From Macrostomum lignano (lineage: Eukaryota), in NCBI GenBank assembly GCA_002269645.1, contig NIVC01000269.1:372001-436000 (forward strand): a DNA stretch of 64,000 nucleotides, written 5' to 3'. Position numbers and translations under genes: made by a program. The notes below the pieces were generated by a model. That model had not been told where the DNA came from. It worked only from the letters and a program-made list of their open reading frames with translations, and made no database searches. This document shows, in pieces, positions 13,801-27,500 of the stretch. Every line of letters starts with the position of its first letter. Position 1 is the stretch's first letter.

Positions 13801-15200
13801 TATGTAAAATATATCGTTTAATTTTTCTTTCAGGTAGAGAAAGCCGTCAAGCAGAGGCAGGAGTTGCGCCAACTCGAAGACGAATTACGCAGTCGCGAAG
13901 CGATATTATCGAAGCGCGAAGCTTTGTTAGCTGAACGCGCGGAATGCGAGATGACCAGCATGCGGGCTGGGGGCGCCGAGTCTGGCGGCTCCGATCGGCT
14001 GCAGGAACTCGACGAAGCTTTGGCCGCCCTTGACGAAGCCTTGGGTCTGCGCAATGAAGCTATTAGCGCCAGGTTAGTGACGCATGAGCTGCGGATCTCG
14101 GATTCTTAAAGACTAAAACAGGGCATTCTCCTAGATTTTCCTTGCGTTGAGCTGCTTATCTCCCATATCTTCAGGTTTGAAAAGACAACCTCCCAGATTC
14201 TCAAGCTAGAACAGACACTCTTCCCAGATCCCTCTGACACCCTTCCAAGACCCTCAGGCACCCTTCCCAGATCCCTCTGACACCTTTCCCAGATCCCTCA
14301 GACACCCTTCCCAGATCCTCAGACACCCTTCCCAGATCCTCAGGCACCCTTCCCAGATCCTCAGGCACCCTTCCCAGATCCTTCAGGCACCCTTCCCAGA
14401 TCCTTCAGGCACCCTTCCAAGATCCTCAGGCACCCTTCCAAGATCCTCAGGCACCCTTCCCAGATCCTCAGGCACCCTTTTCAGATCCCTCTGACACCTT
14501 TCCCAGATCCCTCAGACACCCTTCCCAGATCCCTCAGACACCCTTCCCAGATCCCTCAGACACCCTGCCCAGATCCTCAGGCACCCTTCCCAGATCCTCA
14601 GGCACCCTTCCCAGATCCCTCTGACACCTTTCCCAGATCCCTCAGACACCCTTCCCAGATCCCTCAGACACCCTGCCCAGATCCTCAGGCACCCTTCCCA
14701 GATCCTCAGACACCCTTCCCAGATCCTCAGGCACCCTTCCCAGATCCTCAGACACCCTGCCCAGATCCTCGGGCACCCTTCCCAGATCCTCAGGCACCCT
14801 TCTCAGGTATCAGTAACTGCAATTACTTTTCTATACATATCGGCATGCACAGTCATAGTACACAGCATCCTCAATAAAAATATTTGCTCAAACAGAGAGG
14901 GCGGCCTGCGACAGTCGCAGCTCAGCCTGTCCACCAGCCAGGACGCCCTGTTCACCCGGCTGGGCGCCCTCAGCGCTTCCGAAGCCAAGCGACTGGTGGC
15001 CGCCAACTTTCGTCGACTCGTGCAGCTGCGCTCCGCCCTGGCAGAAGAGGAGTCGCGCAGGGCCGAGGCTCGACTCCGGCTAGACGAGCTGGCCAAGGAC
15101 AAGGAGCGGCTGGAGCGGAGCCTGCAGAGGGCCAACGGCGAGACTGAAAGGCGGATAACCCGGCTGCAGAGCGAGTACGAGGCTCAGGTGAGTGTGCGGC

Positions 15201-15253
<53 letters not shown>

Positions 15254-15258
15254 GCCTG

Positions 15259-15291
<33 letters not shown>

Positions 15292-15326
15292 GCCTATGTC
15301 TGTCTGTCTGTCTGTCTGTCTGCCTG

Positions 15327-15359
<33 letters not shown>

Positions 15360-15372
15360 GTCTGTCTGTCTC

Positions 15373-15423
<51 letters not shown>

Positions 15424-15492
15424 GCCTGTGTCTGTCTGTCTGTCTGTCTGCCTGTGTCTGTCTGTCTGTCTTTCTGTCTGTCTGTCTGCCTG

Positions 15493-15539
<47 letters not shown>

Positions 15540-16034
15540 AATGTCCACAGTACATTTCCAGTTCCCTATGTGCAAAGCAGCTCACTCCACACCCGGCAGA
15601 TCCAGCTGCTAGTAGACCGCCTATCGACAGCCGAAGCGGAAGCCGCCCGCCTGCCCCAGACGGAACGCGAGCTGGCGGTCTACAAGAAAACCAGCCGAGA
15701 GTTGAAACGCAAAATACGCGACTGGGTGAGCAGCGGCAGGCTGCTGAACGCGGCGCCCGCGGATCTGGACGAGGTGGCAGCCAGCAGCAGTCACCGTCAG
15801 TCGGTTCAACAACCGCCTCAGACGCCGCAGACTCCTCAGACGCCTCATCAACAACAGCAGCAACAATCGAGTTCTTCTCGCCCGACAAGTGTTCGAGTAT
15901 CTCGCAAAGAGGTTCGCGAACTGTCTGCAGAACAGCTGTCAGCCAGGGGCAGTCAGCACCGACAGTCTGCTGGGTCCGGAGCTGCCGCTGCTGCCGCCGC
16001 TTCAATAGTGCACGATTCGTTGGATGACGATTGA
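4810..16034 (+). CDS. KIF27: Kinesin-4 family motor, KIF27/KIF7 (Costal2)-like; 3' part only, with the 5' motor exons upstream of the window
   Basis: Eight phase-compatible GT-AG exons: 4810-5187, 5638-5999, 7769-8073, 10592-11060, 11650-12109, 13834-14072, 14896-15187, 15600-16034 (TGA). Motor motifs [31 protein letters not shown] and [12 protein letters not shown]. Tail motifs typical of KIF27/KIF7: [54 protein letters not shown] and [11 protein letters not shown]. Confidence 0.9.
5210..5545. repeat. Intronic minisatellite, ~27 bp (GGGATTTCAATTGTGGGATTTGGGATA-like)
   Basis: Degenerate tandem copies visible directly after the donor at 5188. Confidence 0.8.
6080..7680. repeat. Intronic minisatellite, ~23-24 bp (TTCTTAGAATCGGTCATAATCCA-like), split by a solo LTR
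   Basis: The same unit occurs at 6080-6575 and 7566-7680. Confidence 0.75.
6576..7565 (-). mobile_element. Solo LTR (~990 bp) of an LTR retrotransposon
   Basis: Unique block interrupting the minisatellite, with TG...CA termini (minus strand TGTAG...CATCA). Minus-strand TATAAATA at 7155-7162 and AATAAA at 6667-6672 are in U3-R-U5 order. Flanks ATAG/ATAA resemble a 4-bp TSD with one mismatch. Confidence 0.65.
8108..10440. repeat. Intronic 20-bp minisatellite (CTGATCCCCTGTCTTCCCCT) with higher-order variant structure
   Basis: Roughly 115 copies; variant units recur in ordered ~100-bp groups. Confidence 0.95.
11225..11640. repeat. Intronic ~21-bp minisatellite (CAAACTACTGTAACACCCAAC)
   Basis: Tandem copies run up to the acceptor at 11649. 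Confidence 0.9.
12125..12960. repeat. Intronic ~33-bp minisatellite (ATTAGAGGGACATTAGGGTTCAATTAGGAAGCT), degenerating 3'
   Basis: Tandem copies directly after the donor at 12110. Confidence 0.85.
14200..14805. repeat. Intronic ~21-22-bp minisatellite (CCCTTCCCAGATCCTCAGGCA)
   Basis: Tandem copies visible in the sequence. Confidence 0.9.
15200..15537. repeat. (TCTG)n microsatellite filling the last kinesin intron
   Basis: Direct reading of the sequence. Confidence 0.95.
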
Positions 16035-16038
16035 TTGG

Positions 16039-18258
16039 GAATCGCCCCTGAGCCAATTTTATAGGAATCGCCCCTGAGCCAATTTTATAGGAATCGCCCC
16101 TGAGCCAATTTTATAGGAATCGCCCCTGAGCCAATTTTATAGGAATCGCCCCTGAGCCAATTTTATAGGAATCGCCCCTGAGCCAATTTTATAAGAATCG
16201 CCCCTGAGCCAATTTTATAAGAATCGCCCCTGAGCCAATTTTATTAGAATCGCCCCTGAGCCAATTTTATAAGAATCGCCCCTGAGCCAATTTTATAGGA
16301 ATCGCCCCTGAGCCAATTTTATAGGAATCGCCCCTGAGCCAATTTTATAGGAATCGCCCCTGAGCCAATTTTATAAGAATCGCCCCTGAGCCAATTTTAT
16401 AAGAATCGCCCCTGAGCCAATTTTATAAGAATCGCCCCTGAGCCAATTTTATAAGAATCGCCCCTGAGCCAATTTTATAGGAATCGCCCCTGAGCCAATT
16501 TTATAGAAATCGCCCCTGAGCCAATTTTATAAGAATCGCCCCTGAGCTAATTTTATAAGAATCGCCCCTGAGCCAATTTTATAAGAACCGCCCCTGAGCC
16601 AATTTTATAAGAATCGCCCCTGAGCCAATTTTATAAGAATCGCCCCTGAGCCAATTTTATAAGAATCGCCCCTGAGCCAATTTTATAAGAATCGCCCCTG
16701 AGCCAATTTTATAAGAATCGCCCCTGAGCCAATTTTATAAGAATCGCCCCTGAGCCAATTTTATAGGAATCGCCCCTGAGCTAATTTTATAAGAATCGCC
16801 CCTGAGCTAATTTTATAAGAATCGCCCCTGAGCCAATTTTATAAGAATCGCCCCTGAGCCAATTTTATAAGAATCGCCCCTGAGCCAATTTTATAAGAAT
16901 CGCCCCTGAGCCAATTTTATAGGAATCGCCCCTGAGCCAATTTTATAAGAATCGCCCCTGAGCCAATTTTATAAGAATCGCCCCTGAGCTAATTTTATAA
17001 GAATCGCCCCTGAGCCAATTTTATAAGAATCGCCCCTGAGCCAATTTTATAAGAATCGCCCCTGAGCCAATTTTATAAGAATCGCCCCTGAGCTATTTTT
17101 ATAAGAATCGCCCCTGAGCCAATTTTATAAGAATCGCCCCTGAGCCAATTTTATAGGAATCGCCCTTGAGCCAGTTTTATAAGAATCGCCCCTGAGCCAA
17201 TTTTATAAGAACCGCCCCTGAGCCAATTTTATAAGAATCGCCCCTGAGCCAATTTTATAGGAATCGCCCCTGAGCCAATTTTATAAGAATCGCCCCTGAG
17301 CCAATTTTATAGGAATCGCCCCTGAGCCAATTTTATAGAAATCGCCCCTGAGCCAATTTTATAAGAATCGCCCCTGAGCTAATTTTATAAGAATCGCCCC
17401 TGAGCCAATTTTATAAGAATCGCCCCTGAGCCTATTTTATAAGAATCGCCCCTGAGCCAATTTTATAAGAATCGCCCCTGAGCCAATTTTATAAGAATCG
17501 CCCCTGAGCCAATTTTATAGGAATCGCCCCTGAGCCAATTTTATAAGAATCGCCCCTGAGCCAATTTTATAAGAATCGCCCTTGAGCCAATTTTATAAGA
17601 ATCGCCCCTGAGCCAATTTTATAGGAATCGCCCCTGAGCTAATTTTATAAGAATCGCCCCTGAGCCAATTTTATAAGAATCGCCCCTGAGCCAATTTTAT
17701 AAGAATCGCCCCTGAGCCAATTTTATAAGAATCGCCCCTGAGCCAATTTTATAGGAATCGCCCCTGAGCTAATTTTATAAGAATCGCCCCTGAGCTAATT
17801 TTATAAGAATCGCCCCTGAACCAATTTTATAAGAATCGCCCCTGAGCCAATTTTATAAGAATCGCCCTTGAGCCAATTTTATAAGAATCGCCCCTGAGCT
17901 AATTTTATAAGAATCGCCCCTGAGCCAATTTTATAAGAATCGCCCCTGAGCCAATTTTATAAGAATCGCCCCTGAGCCAATTTTATAAGAATCGCCCCTG
18001 AGCTAATTTTATAAGAATCGCCCCTGAGCCAATTTTATAAGAATCGCCCCTGAGCCAATTTTATAGGAATCGCCCTTGAGCCAATTTTATAAGAATCGCC
18101 CCTGAGCCAATTTTATAAGAATCGCCTCTGAGCCAATTTTATAAGAATCGCCCCTGAGCCAATTTTATAAGAATCGCCCCTGAGCCAATTTTATAAGAAT
18201 CGCCCCTGAGCCAATATTATAAGAATCGCAAGAATCGCCCCTGAACCAATTTTTATAA
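16039..18258. repeat. 26-bp tandem satellite (GAATCGCCCCTGAGCCAATTTTATAA/G), ~85 copies
   Basis: Starts 4 nt after the kinesin stop codon; homogeneous with point variants. Confidence 0.97.
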
Positions 18259-18934
18259 AGTTGTTTCCAAATTTTTTCGCGATTACTTTTTTTAGTTTCA
18301 GTGATACCGCCTACTATAAGTAGTTTCTAGGATTTCAGACTATATAATAACTTATTCATTGCCTACAGCTGTATCCAATCCAGGCTGTGTCACTCTTTTC
18401 ACTTATTCTTGTCACTTTGTCTTTGTAGAATTCCTGTTTCAAACAAAAAAAGTAGCTGACTTGTATAGCAAATACTAAAATTATTGCAATTTAGTAGAGA
18501 TATATTGTAATATGATAATTGAGCTGGCATCTCAGTTATTAATTATCTGTGTCGATAATACATAATTTAAGATTTTTGTGCATTGCAATTTCGATTATGA
18601 TGCACTGTAAAAAGTTCTATACTACTTACTATCGCAATTTGTTTCAAGTAGTATACATGTACAAGCAAAACTGTTTTATTTGGCTTTGTCTTTTTTCTAG
18701 CCTTTTCGATTCAGTAGGAGCATCATATTGTAGAGTACTACAAACACAGTTTCCGTCCGAGGTTTACACATGATACGCAGTTCTCATCGTAATTACTTTT
18801 TTATATGATAAATTTTTAATGAATATTTATTTCCTTGAAATTATAATTGTCAGTTGTCACTGTGTTGAACAGATAAATATTGATTTGGCTTTTGGCTTTT
18901 CGTCTTTTTATTCATCCTGGGAAAGTGACTGGGT

Positions 18935-18940
18935 GAGAGA

Positions 18941-19003
<63 letters not shown>
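18935..19003. repeat. (GA)n microsatellite followed by GA-rich low-complexity sequence
   Basis: Direct reading of the sequence. Confidence 0.9.
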
Positions 19004-19007
<4 letters not shown>

Positions 19008-21588
19008 GCGAGAGAGTGAGTGGGAAGGTGAGACCGTGAGATAAAGAGTGAAGTGAGAGGGTGATTGGGAGGGTGAGAGGGTGAGCGAGAGGGTGAGTGG
19101 AAGAGTGACACCGTGAGATAGATAGGGAAGTGAGAGGGTGAAGTGAGATGGTGAGGTTGGGAGGGTGAGAGGGTGAGTAGGAGGGCGAGCGAGAGGGTGA
19201 CTGGGAGGGGGAGGGTGAGGGAGGTCGACTAGCAGGAAGTTGAGAGGTTGAGTGAGTTGCTGAGCACATACGAAGGGCTCTCTTTGTTAGGGATGATATT
19301 TTGAATAAAGATTTTCTCAAATCTGTCACCATAATCTATAGTCTTAAATATTGAATAAAACTGTTCCACAGGTGAGTGATTGACTGATTGATTGAAGCGA
19401 GGAAAGTCAATATAAAAATATGTCTAATTCATTTTTGCTGGATGACAGACAGACACTTATTTAAACTCAAACACATTGACACTAGTATAATACAAGTGCC
19501 GATTGCGCTTCTCTTATTCTAAATGGGATTTATAGAATAATCAGTTGGGAATATGAGCTGTGAGAAATAACTAAACTCCATGTGCGGGGGCAAGCCTTTC
19601 TATTGGTGGGGTCGTGAGAATGGGACCATATGGCATGTCGGAGCTGGATTGTTAGATATTTTGCAGTAAGGTGTTCGCCTCTTCCCCTCCCCCTCCTCGG
19701 TTTTTGTTCCCCATTTCTTTCTATGCTTCTGCATTGCTTGCCCCTGTAGTACACGTACACTGTGTGCATATGTACAACTACAGTGCAGTATGTATGCAGA
19801 TTTTTTAGTTGGATTCGAAGTCAAAATTGAGGTTGCTCTCAGATAAGGTTGTGCACTGCTTTCAAATGTATTAAATAATAATAATATACATTAAAAGCGT
19901 TTTGGTCCTAACCCCGTCTTACACGTTGCAATTGAATACTTTAATTTTATTGGGTCTAGTTACATATAACTGCAATATTTTAATAGAATCAAATTGTTAC
20001 GCAATATAATCTACTAAATAATTGGCTAATTGCCTTCGTTTGTGGGTGCGGCGGAAAACAATTAATTGTCTGTTCGTTCGTTATCGTTTTATATGGCCCT
20101 CGGCGATTTGTAAATATTACAAAGGTCAGAGAGACTCCAGCGCGCGTCTATGCCCCCCCCCCCTAGTTCTCTAACTTCGATTATTTTTAGTTACTGTTAC
20201 TATTAATTGCCAATAATAGAATGCCAGATTAACACTAAAACGCTATTATCGATCCCAAAAATCATATTCTCAGAGAGATTATAACTCTCTGACTTCGCTA
20301 GCTTGTCGTGTATTCCCTTGAGTTATCGTCTTATTCATTCATTCTTTTTACAAGTGAGCGAGTCAGGAGTCAGGAGTCATTCATTTAAATCATATGAGCC
20401 GTTCTTGTTCTACTCAAACCCACGAACACAATCGTGTACGTACGAATGCAGCTCAGCCCTTGAATGAATGGGAAGTTAAAGTGTTTGAGAGGTTGTTGAG
20501 GCTTATCCCCATTTCATTCCTCACACACCGCAGTCAATGCAGTCACATTATTTGCCTGCTAAGGTCCAAACTTTTACAACCGCCTTCTCCCCGCCGTCCG
20601 TTTAAACCCACCAACCCCAATCAGGCCACACCCACCCACACCCCAATTCGACTAAAATGGCTGGGTGGAGTGAGGGTTGTTAACAGTTAAACGACTGTAA
20701 ATAAAGTAAGTAAAGTGGCGAAGTAAAGTAAGAGCCGCTCTGCGGGGGGGGGGGGTAGGCTGAGGGCCCCTCCGGGTGCGGGGTTGTCTTACTGCTGCTG
20801 AGAAGCCATATTGGAGCCTTCACTCACCCCCGAAATCACCCACCACCCCACTTACTAACCAATCAAATCCGGCCGCCAGAGCCCCCCGGCACAACACTAA
20901 CTTTAAAGCGTTTGCAGGCCGGGGCAATGACACGACAGTATTATTGGGGGGCCTTGAGAATAATATAAAAAAGAAGAGTGAGGGCCGGGGGGAGCGTTAT
21001 TGGGCAGAGGGCCGGGCTGGGCAAGGATAGACGAGAAAACGAGAGAGAAAAGAAGAAATATAAGTAGGGGGAAGGGGGATAAAACTCCACACACACACAG
21101 AAGGAGAAAAGGAGCGGCACCTACACACTCAAAATCCTGAGCGCCAGAAACTCCCCATTCCGTCAGATCTGTCTTTTTTCTGTTCTCCTGTTTCTCTCCC
21201 TCCCGGCCTTACCCTCTCTCCAAACTTCTGTTCTTACTGCTAAGCACCCCCCATTCACTCGCCCCTGAACTCGTGTGGCTTTTAGAGGCAAAACGCAAAG
21301 AGGAAGAAGAGAGCTAAAAACTTTGGGCCAAGCAAAAGCAGATATCTTAGTAGGAGCGAAATATTTGGCTGCTTGGAGCGGCTAAAGCGCTATAGTAAGT
21401 AAAGCAGTAAGCTTCTCCGTCTTGTCCTTGGCGAACTTACTTTGTTTCAATTTGATACATATGAAAATTGTTGATTTTCTTTTCAACAGATTCTTTTGAT
21501 GCTTTTTAGCATCCGGCATCGACTATAGGCCCTCGCTCAGCAGAAGCAGCAAAAGCAACAACCAATCCTATAATAAATCATTGTTGCC

Positions 21589-24500
21589 ATGGAAACGGCA
21601 GCTCCGGGTCTGTACAGCGCGGATTTAGCGGCCGCTGCGGCCGCGGCTCAGTTCGGTCAATTCCCGGATTCGAATAATCCACTGGATTATTTTCAGATCA
21701 CCACGGCGTCAAGTTTGCCGCAGGTGAGAAATTGAGAACGGCTGCTGATGATGGGTGTTTCGTGCCTATTCCTCCTCCCCCAATCTGAGAAGATCCGCCC
21801 CCAATCTGAAAAAAATCCGCCCCCCAATCTGAGAAGATCCGCCCCCAATCTGAGAAGATCCGCCCCAAATCTGAGAAGATCCGTCCCCAATCTAAGAAAA
21901 TCCGCCCCCAATCTGAGAAGATCCGCCCCCAATCTGAGAAGATCCGCCCCAAATCTGAGAAGATCCGCCCCAAATCTGAGAAGATCCGCCCCAAATCTGA
22001 GAAGATCCGCCCCCAATCTGAGAAGATCCGCCCCAAATCTGAGAAGATCCGCCCCAAATCTTAGAAGATCCACCCCAAATCTGAGAAGATCCACCCCCTA
22101 TCTGAGAAGATCCGCCCCCCTATCTGAGAAGATCCGCCCCTCCCCCTATCTGCGAAGATCCACCCCCTATCTGAGAAGATCCACCCCCCTATCTGAGAAG
22201 ATCCACCCCCCCCCCCTATCTGCGAAGATCCACCCCCTATCTGAGAAGATCCGCCCCCCCTATCTGAGAAGATCCACCCCCCTATCTGAGAAGATCCGCC
22301 CCTTATCTGAGAAGATCCGTCCCCCTATCTGAGAAGATCCACCCCCCTATCTGAGAAGATCCGCCCCCCTATCTGAGAAGATCCGCCCCCTATCTGAGAA
22401 GATCCACCCCCCCTATCTGAGAAGATCCGCCCCCCTATCTGAGAAGATCCGCCCCCCTATCTGAGAAGATCCGCCCCCCTATCTGAGAAGATTCGCCCCC
22501 CATCTCAGAAGATCCGCTCCCCAATCTGAGAAGATCCGCCCCAATCTGGAAAATCCGCCCCCAACCTGACAAATTCCGCCGAATAACCTGGGAAAATCTG
22601 TCATTTATCTTAAGGATTCCGACTAAATCGCTTAATACGCTGAATCCCCATCATCTCATCATCAGTAGGAATCAGAGTCTACCTGACCAATTCCCTTTAG
22701 CCTCAAGTTTAATATATCAGAGGCTTAACTTAGAAAATTCGAACCCTGACACGTTGAAATCGTAATATATCAGGTTGGAAAATTTCAGCATATCGACACT
22801 AGCGGCCATCTACAGTTTGCACGTGGCTCTCTTTTAGACCCCTTTCTAGAATATAATTACTTCTTCTTCGCGAAGATTGCACGTTGTGTGTGTGTCTTTC
22901 AATAATAGAGCTATCGAAATCATTTATTATAAACACCTGAGTGCAGGTGCGCAGCAAGGAGCAGGGAGGCGAGGGGGGGCGCCCCCCCCCCACAATAGGC
23001 TGGTTAAAAGTTAGGACGCCTCTTGTTGCTGGCGTCCCTTGGTGCTGGCGCCCCTTGGTGCTGGCGCCCCTTGTGCTGGCGCCTCTTGGTGCTGGCGCCC
23101 CTTGGTGCTCTGGCACCCCTTAGTGCTGGCGCCCCTTGGTGCTCTGGCGCCCCTTGGTGCTCTGGCGCCCCTTGGTACTCTGGCGCCCCTTGGTGCTCTG
23201 GCGCCCCTTGGTGCTCTGGCGCCCCTTGGTGCTCTGGCGCCCCTTGGTGCTGGCGCCCCTTGGTGCTCTGGCGCCCCTTAGTGCTAGCGCCCCTTGGTGC
23301 TCTGGCGCCCCTTGGTGCTCTGGCGCCCCTTGGTGTTCTGGCGCCCCTTGGTGCTCTGGCGCCCCTTGGTGTTCTGGCGCCCCTTGGTGCTGGTGCCCCT
23401 TGGTGCTGGCGCCCCTTGGTTCTGGCGCCCCTTGGTGCTCTGGCGTCCCTTGGTGCTCTGGCGCCCCTTGGTGCTCTGGTGCCCCTTGGTGCTCTGGCAC
23501 CCCTTGGTGTTCTGGCGCCCCTTGGTGTGCTGGCACCCCTTGGTGCTCTGGCGCCCCTTGGTGCTCTGGCGCCCCTTGGTGCTCTGACGCCTCAACGATT
23601 CTTCCCAATCGAAAAACCTGCCTATGGCCCAATGCAATCACACTTGCAGCCTTTGTTATGCATACTTAAATCGATGTAATTATTGTACACTCAACTATCA
23701 AAGCAACAAATTGCATCTTGGCTACACATTCATTAGAGATTGGTTATCTTAATCAATGTCAGTCAAAAATGAAGCTATAGCAGTTTCCGATGGCTTGTAG
23801 GGTTCAGAATGATTCAAGAATGTTGGGAAGGAGATTGCAATGAAAGATGATGGCGCATCGACGATGGTACCTGGCATATATAGGCAGATATGAAAATATG
23901 CAGCTTTGACAGTTGAAAAACAGACTGCAGTTGGGTTAATATCAGTATGTATCACTAGTAATTAAACAGGTACATCATTTTGGAAAGTCTGTGATAATAA
24001 AGTAGATACAGTCATAATAGAGTAGATACAGTGAGAATAGAGGAGAGACAATGAGAATAGAGAAGAGACAATGAGAATAGAGAAGATCAACAAGTGAGAA
24101 TAAAGAAGATGCAGTAAGAATAGAGTAGAGACAGTGAGAATAGAGAAGATCAACAGTAAGAATAGAGAAGAGACAGTAAGAATAGAGAAGAGACAGTGAG
24201 AATAGAGAAGAGACAATGAGAATAGAGAAGATCAACAAATGAGAATAGAGGAGACAGTGAGAATAGAGAAGATGCAGTAAGAATAGAGTAGAGACAGTGA
24301 GAATAGAGAAGATCAACAGTTAGAATAGAGAAGAGACAGTAAGAATAGAGAAGAGACATTGAGAATAGAGGAGACAGTGAGAATAGAGAAGATGCAGTAA
24401 GAATAGAGTAGAGACAGTGAGAATAGAGAAGAGACAATGAGAATAGAGAAGATCAACAAATGAGAATAGAGGAGACAGTGAGAATAGAGAAGATGCAGTA

Positions 24501-27500
24501 AGAATAGAGTAGAGACAGTGAGAATAGAGAAGATCAACAGTTAGAATAGAGAAGAGACAGTAAGAATAGAGAAGAGACATTGAGAATAGAGGAGACAGTG
24601 AGAATAGAGACGAGACAGTGAGAATAGAGAAGAGACAATGAGCATAGAGAAGATCAACAGTTAGAATAGAGAAGAGACAGTAAGAATAGAGAAGAGACAG
24701 TGAGAAGAGAGAAGAGACAATGAGAATAGAGAAGATGCAGTAAGAATACAGTAGAGACAGTGAGAATAGAGAAGAGACAATGAGAATAGAGAAGATCAAC
24801 AAGTGAGAATAGAGGAGACAGTGAGAATAGAGAAGATGCAATAAGAATAGAGTAGAGACAGTGAGAATAGAGTAGAGACAGTGAGAATAGAGAAGATCAA
24901 CAGTTAGAATAGAGAAGAGACAGTAAGAATAGAGAAGAGACATTGAGAATAGAGGAGACAGTGAGAATAGAGACGAGACAGTGAGAATAGAGAAGAGACA
25001 ATGAGAATAGAGAAGATGCAGTAAGAATAGAGAAGAGACAGTGAGAATAGTGAAGAGACAGTGAGAATAGTGAAGAGAAAACATAAGAAAATACTCAATG
25101 AGTCAGTCTAACTCCAAAACAAACTCTCAACCACACTAAACACAGATTTTCAACGGACAAACGGACTCAGAAGACGCCATGCCACCAATCTATTCTAGCC
25201 AATCTATGAATGGCAGCTCAAAGTCTTTGACGAATAACCATCAACAGCTCAGTGACCGTGCTCACTTGATGCAGCCGCCACCACCGCCACCGCCGCTGTA
25301 CCCCATGGAGCATCATGAGCATCAGCTGTTGCAACCAGACTTACTCGCATGCCATCAGCTGCACGAACAGCCTCATCAAAGCGGCTACTTCTGTCCAGAG
25401 CCGTCTACAGCTGCCGCGTCTATGGAGCAACCATTCTACTACCAGAATCAGCCTCAGAATGAGTTACATCCTGCTGGCTTTTATCAGGATGCACCATTCG
25501 AGTATCACGGTCTGTACGATTCCTCTGTTGTGTCGGGCTCTTGTCAGCAGCAGCAGCAGCATCATCAAGGATTAAATTATTTTGATCCAACATCCGTCGC
25601 CTTTTCTGTAAGTTTCTTTCCGGGAAGGAAGGAGTGAATATTTACTGTTTACAGTGACTGTTTACAGTTTAGAGCGACTGTTTACACTTCAGAGTGACTA
25701 TTTACTGTTTACAGTGACTGTTTACAGTTTAGAGCGACTGTTAACACTTCAGAGTGACTATTTACTGCTTAGAGCGACTGTTTACTGTTTAGAGTGACTA
25801 TTTACACTTTAGAGTGACTGTTTACTGTTTAGAGTGACTATTTACACTTTAGAGTGACTATTTACTGCTTAGAGCGACTGTTTACTGTTTAGAGTGACTA
25901 TTTACACTTTAGAGTGACTATTTACTGTTTAGAGTGACTATTTACACTTTAGAGTGACTATTTACTGATTAGAGCGACTATTTACACTTTAGAGTGACTA
26001 TTTACACTTTAGAGTGACTGTTTACTGTTCAGAGTGACTATTTACTGTTTCGAGTGACATTTGAAAGTTTTGAGTGACGTTGAGTACATATTGCACTTTT
26101 TCTTAATCCAGGATCCAGCTAGGTCGGATTTCTATGCTTATCAGCAGCACTACTATCAGCAGGTGAGATCTCCCCTCTTAAGTTGCATTCGTTCACCTTA
26201 TATGAACTTTTAGGTCTAAAAATCTCCCTCATTCCAAATCTCCCTCATTCCAAATCTCCTTCATTCCAAATCTCTCATTCCAAATCCCCCTCATTCCAAA
26301 TCTCCCTCATTCCAAATCTCCCTCATTCCAAATCTCCCTCATTCCAAATCTCCCTCATTCCAAATCTCCCTCATTCCAAATCTCTCATTCCAAATCTCTC
26401 ATTCCAAATCTCCTTCATTCCAAATCTCTCATTCCAAATCCCCCTCATTCCAAATCTCCCTCATTCCAAATCTCCCTCATTCCAAATCTCTCATTCCAAA
26501 TCTCCCTCATTCCAAGTCATCCTCATTCCAAATCTTCCTCATTCCAAATCTCCCTCATTCCAAATCATCCTCATTCCAAATCTCCCTCATTCCAAATCTC
26601 CCTCATTCCAAATCTCCCTCATTCCAAATCCCCCTCATTCCAAATCATCCTCATTCCAAATCTCCCTCATTCCAAATCCCCCTCATTCCAAATCCCCCTC
26701 ATTCCAAGTCATCCTCATTCCAAATCTCTCATTCCAAATCTTCCTCATTCCAAATCATCCTCATTCCAAATCTCCCTCATTCCAAATCATCCTCATTCCA
26801 AATCTCCCTCATTCCAAATCATCCTCATTCCAAATCTCCCTCATTCCAAATCTCCCTCATTCCAAATCTTCCTCATTCCAAATCTCCCTCATTCCAAATC
26901 TCCCTCATTCCAAATCTCTCATTCCAAATCATCCTCATTCCAAATCTCCTTCATTCCAAATCTCTCATTCCAAATCCCCCTCATTCCAAATCTCCCTCAT
27001 TCCAAATCTCCCTCATTCCAAATCTCTCATTCCAAATCTCTCATTCCAAATCTCCCTCATTCCAAATCTCCCTCATTCCAAATCTCCCTCATTCCAAATC
27101 TCCCTCATTCCAAATCTCCCTCATTCCAAATCTCTCATTCAAAATCTCCCTCATTCCAAATCTCCCTCATTCCAAATCTCTCATTCCAAATCTCCTTCAT
27201 TCCAAATCTCCCTCATTCCAAGTCATCCTCATTCCAAATCTTCCTCATTCCAAATCCCCCTCATTCCAAATCCCCCTCATTCCAAATCTCCCTCATTCCA
27301 AATCTCCCTCATTCCAAATCTCCCTCATTCCAAATCCCCCTCATTCCAAATCTCCCTCATTCCAAATCTCTCATTCTAAATCTCCCTCATTCCAAATCTC
27401 TCATTCCAAATCTCCCTCATTCCAAATCTCCCTCATTCCAAATCTCTCATTCCAAATCTCCCTCATTCCAAATCTCTCATTCCAAATCTCCTTCATTCCA

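Noticed and set aside
8108-14805. Idea that intronic repeats are selected to lack AG
   Set aside because: True for the 20-bp array, but the arrays at 12125-12960 and 14200-14805 are rich in AG, including pyrimidine-CAG motifs.
15184-16056. 290-aa minus-strand ORF (QTDR repeats)
   Set aside because: Antisense of the (TCTG)n intron and the last kinesin exon.
16039-18258. CRISPR-like 26-bp repeats
   Set aside because: Head-to-tail with no spacers.
21693-25098. Repetitive ORFs ([21 protein letters not shown])
   Set aside because: All are open by virtue of intronic tandem repeats and appear in several frames at once.
26183-27379. 398-aa [13 protein letters not shown] repeat protein
   Set aside because: Translation of a 16-bp minisatellite inside a well-defined E-protein intron.
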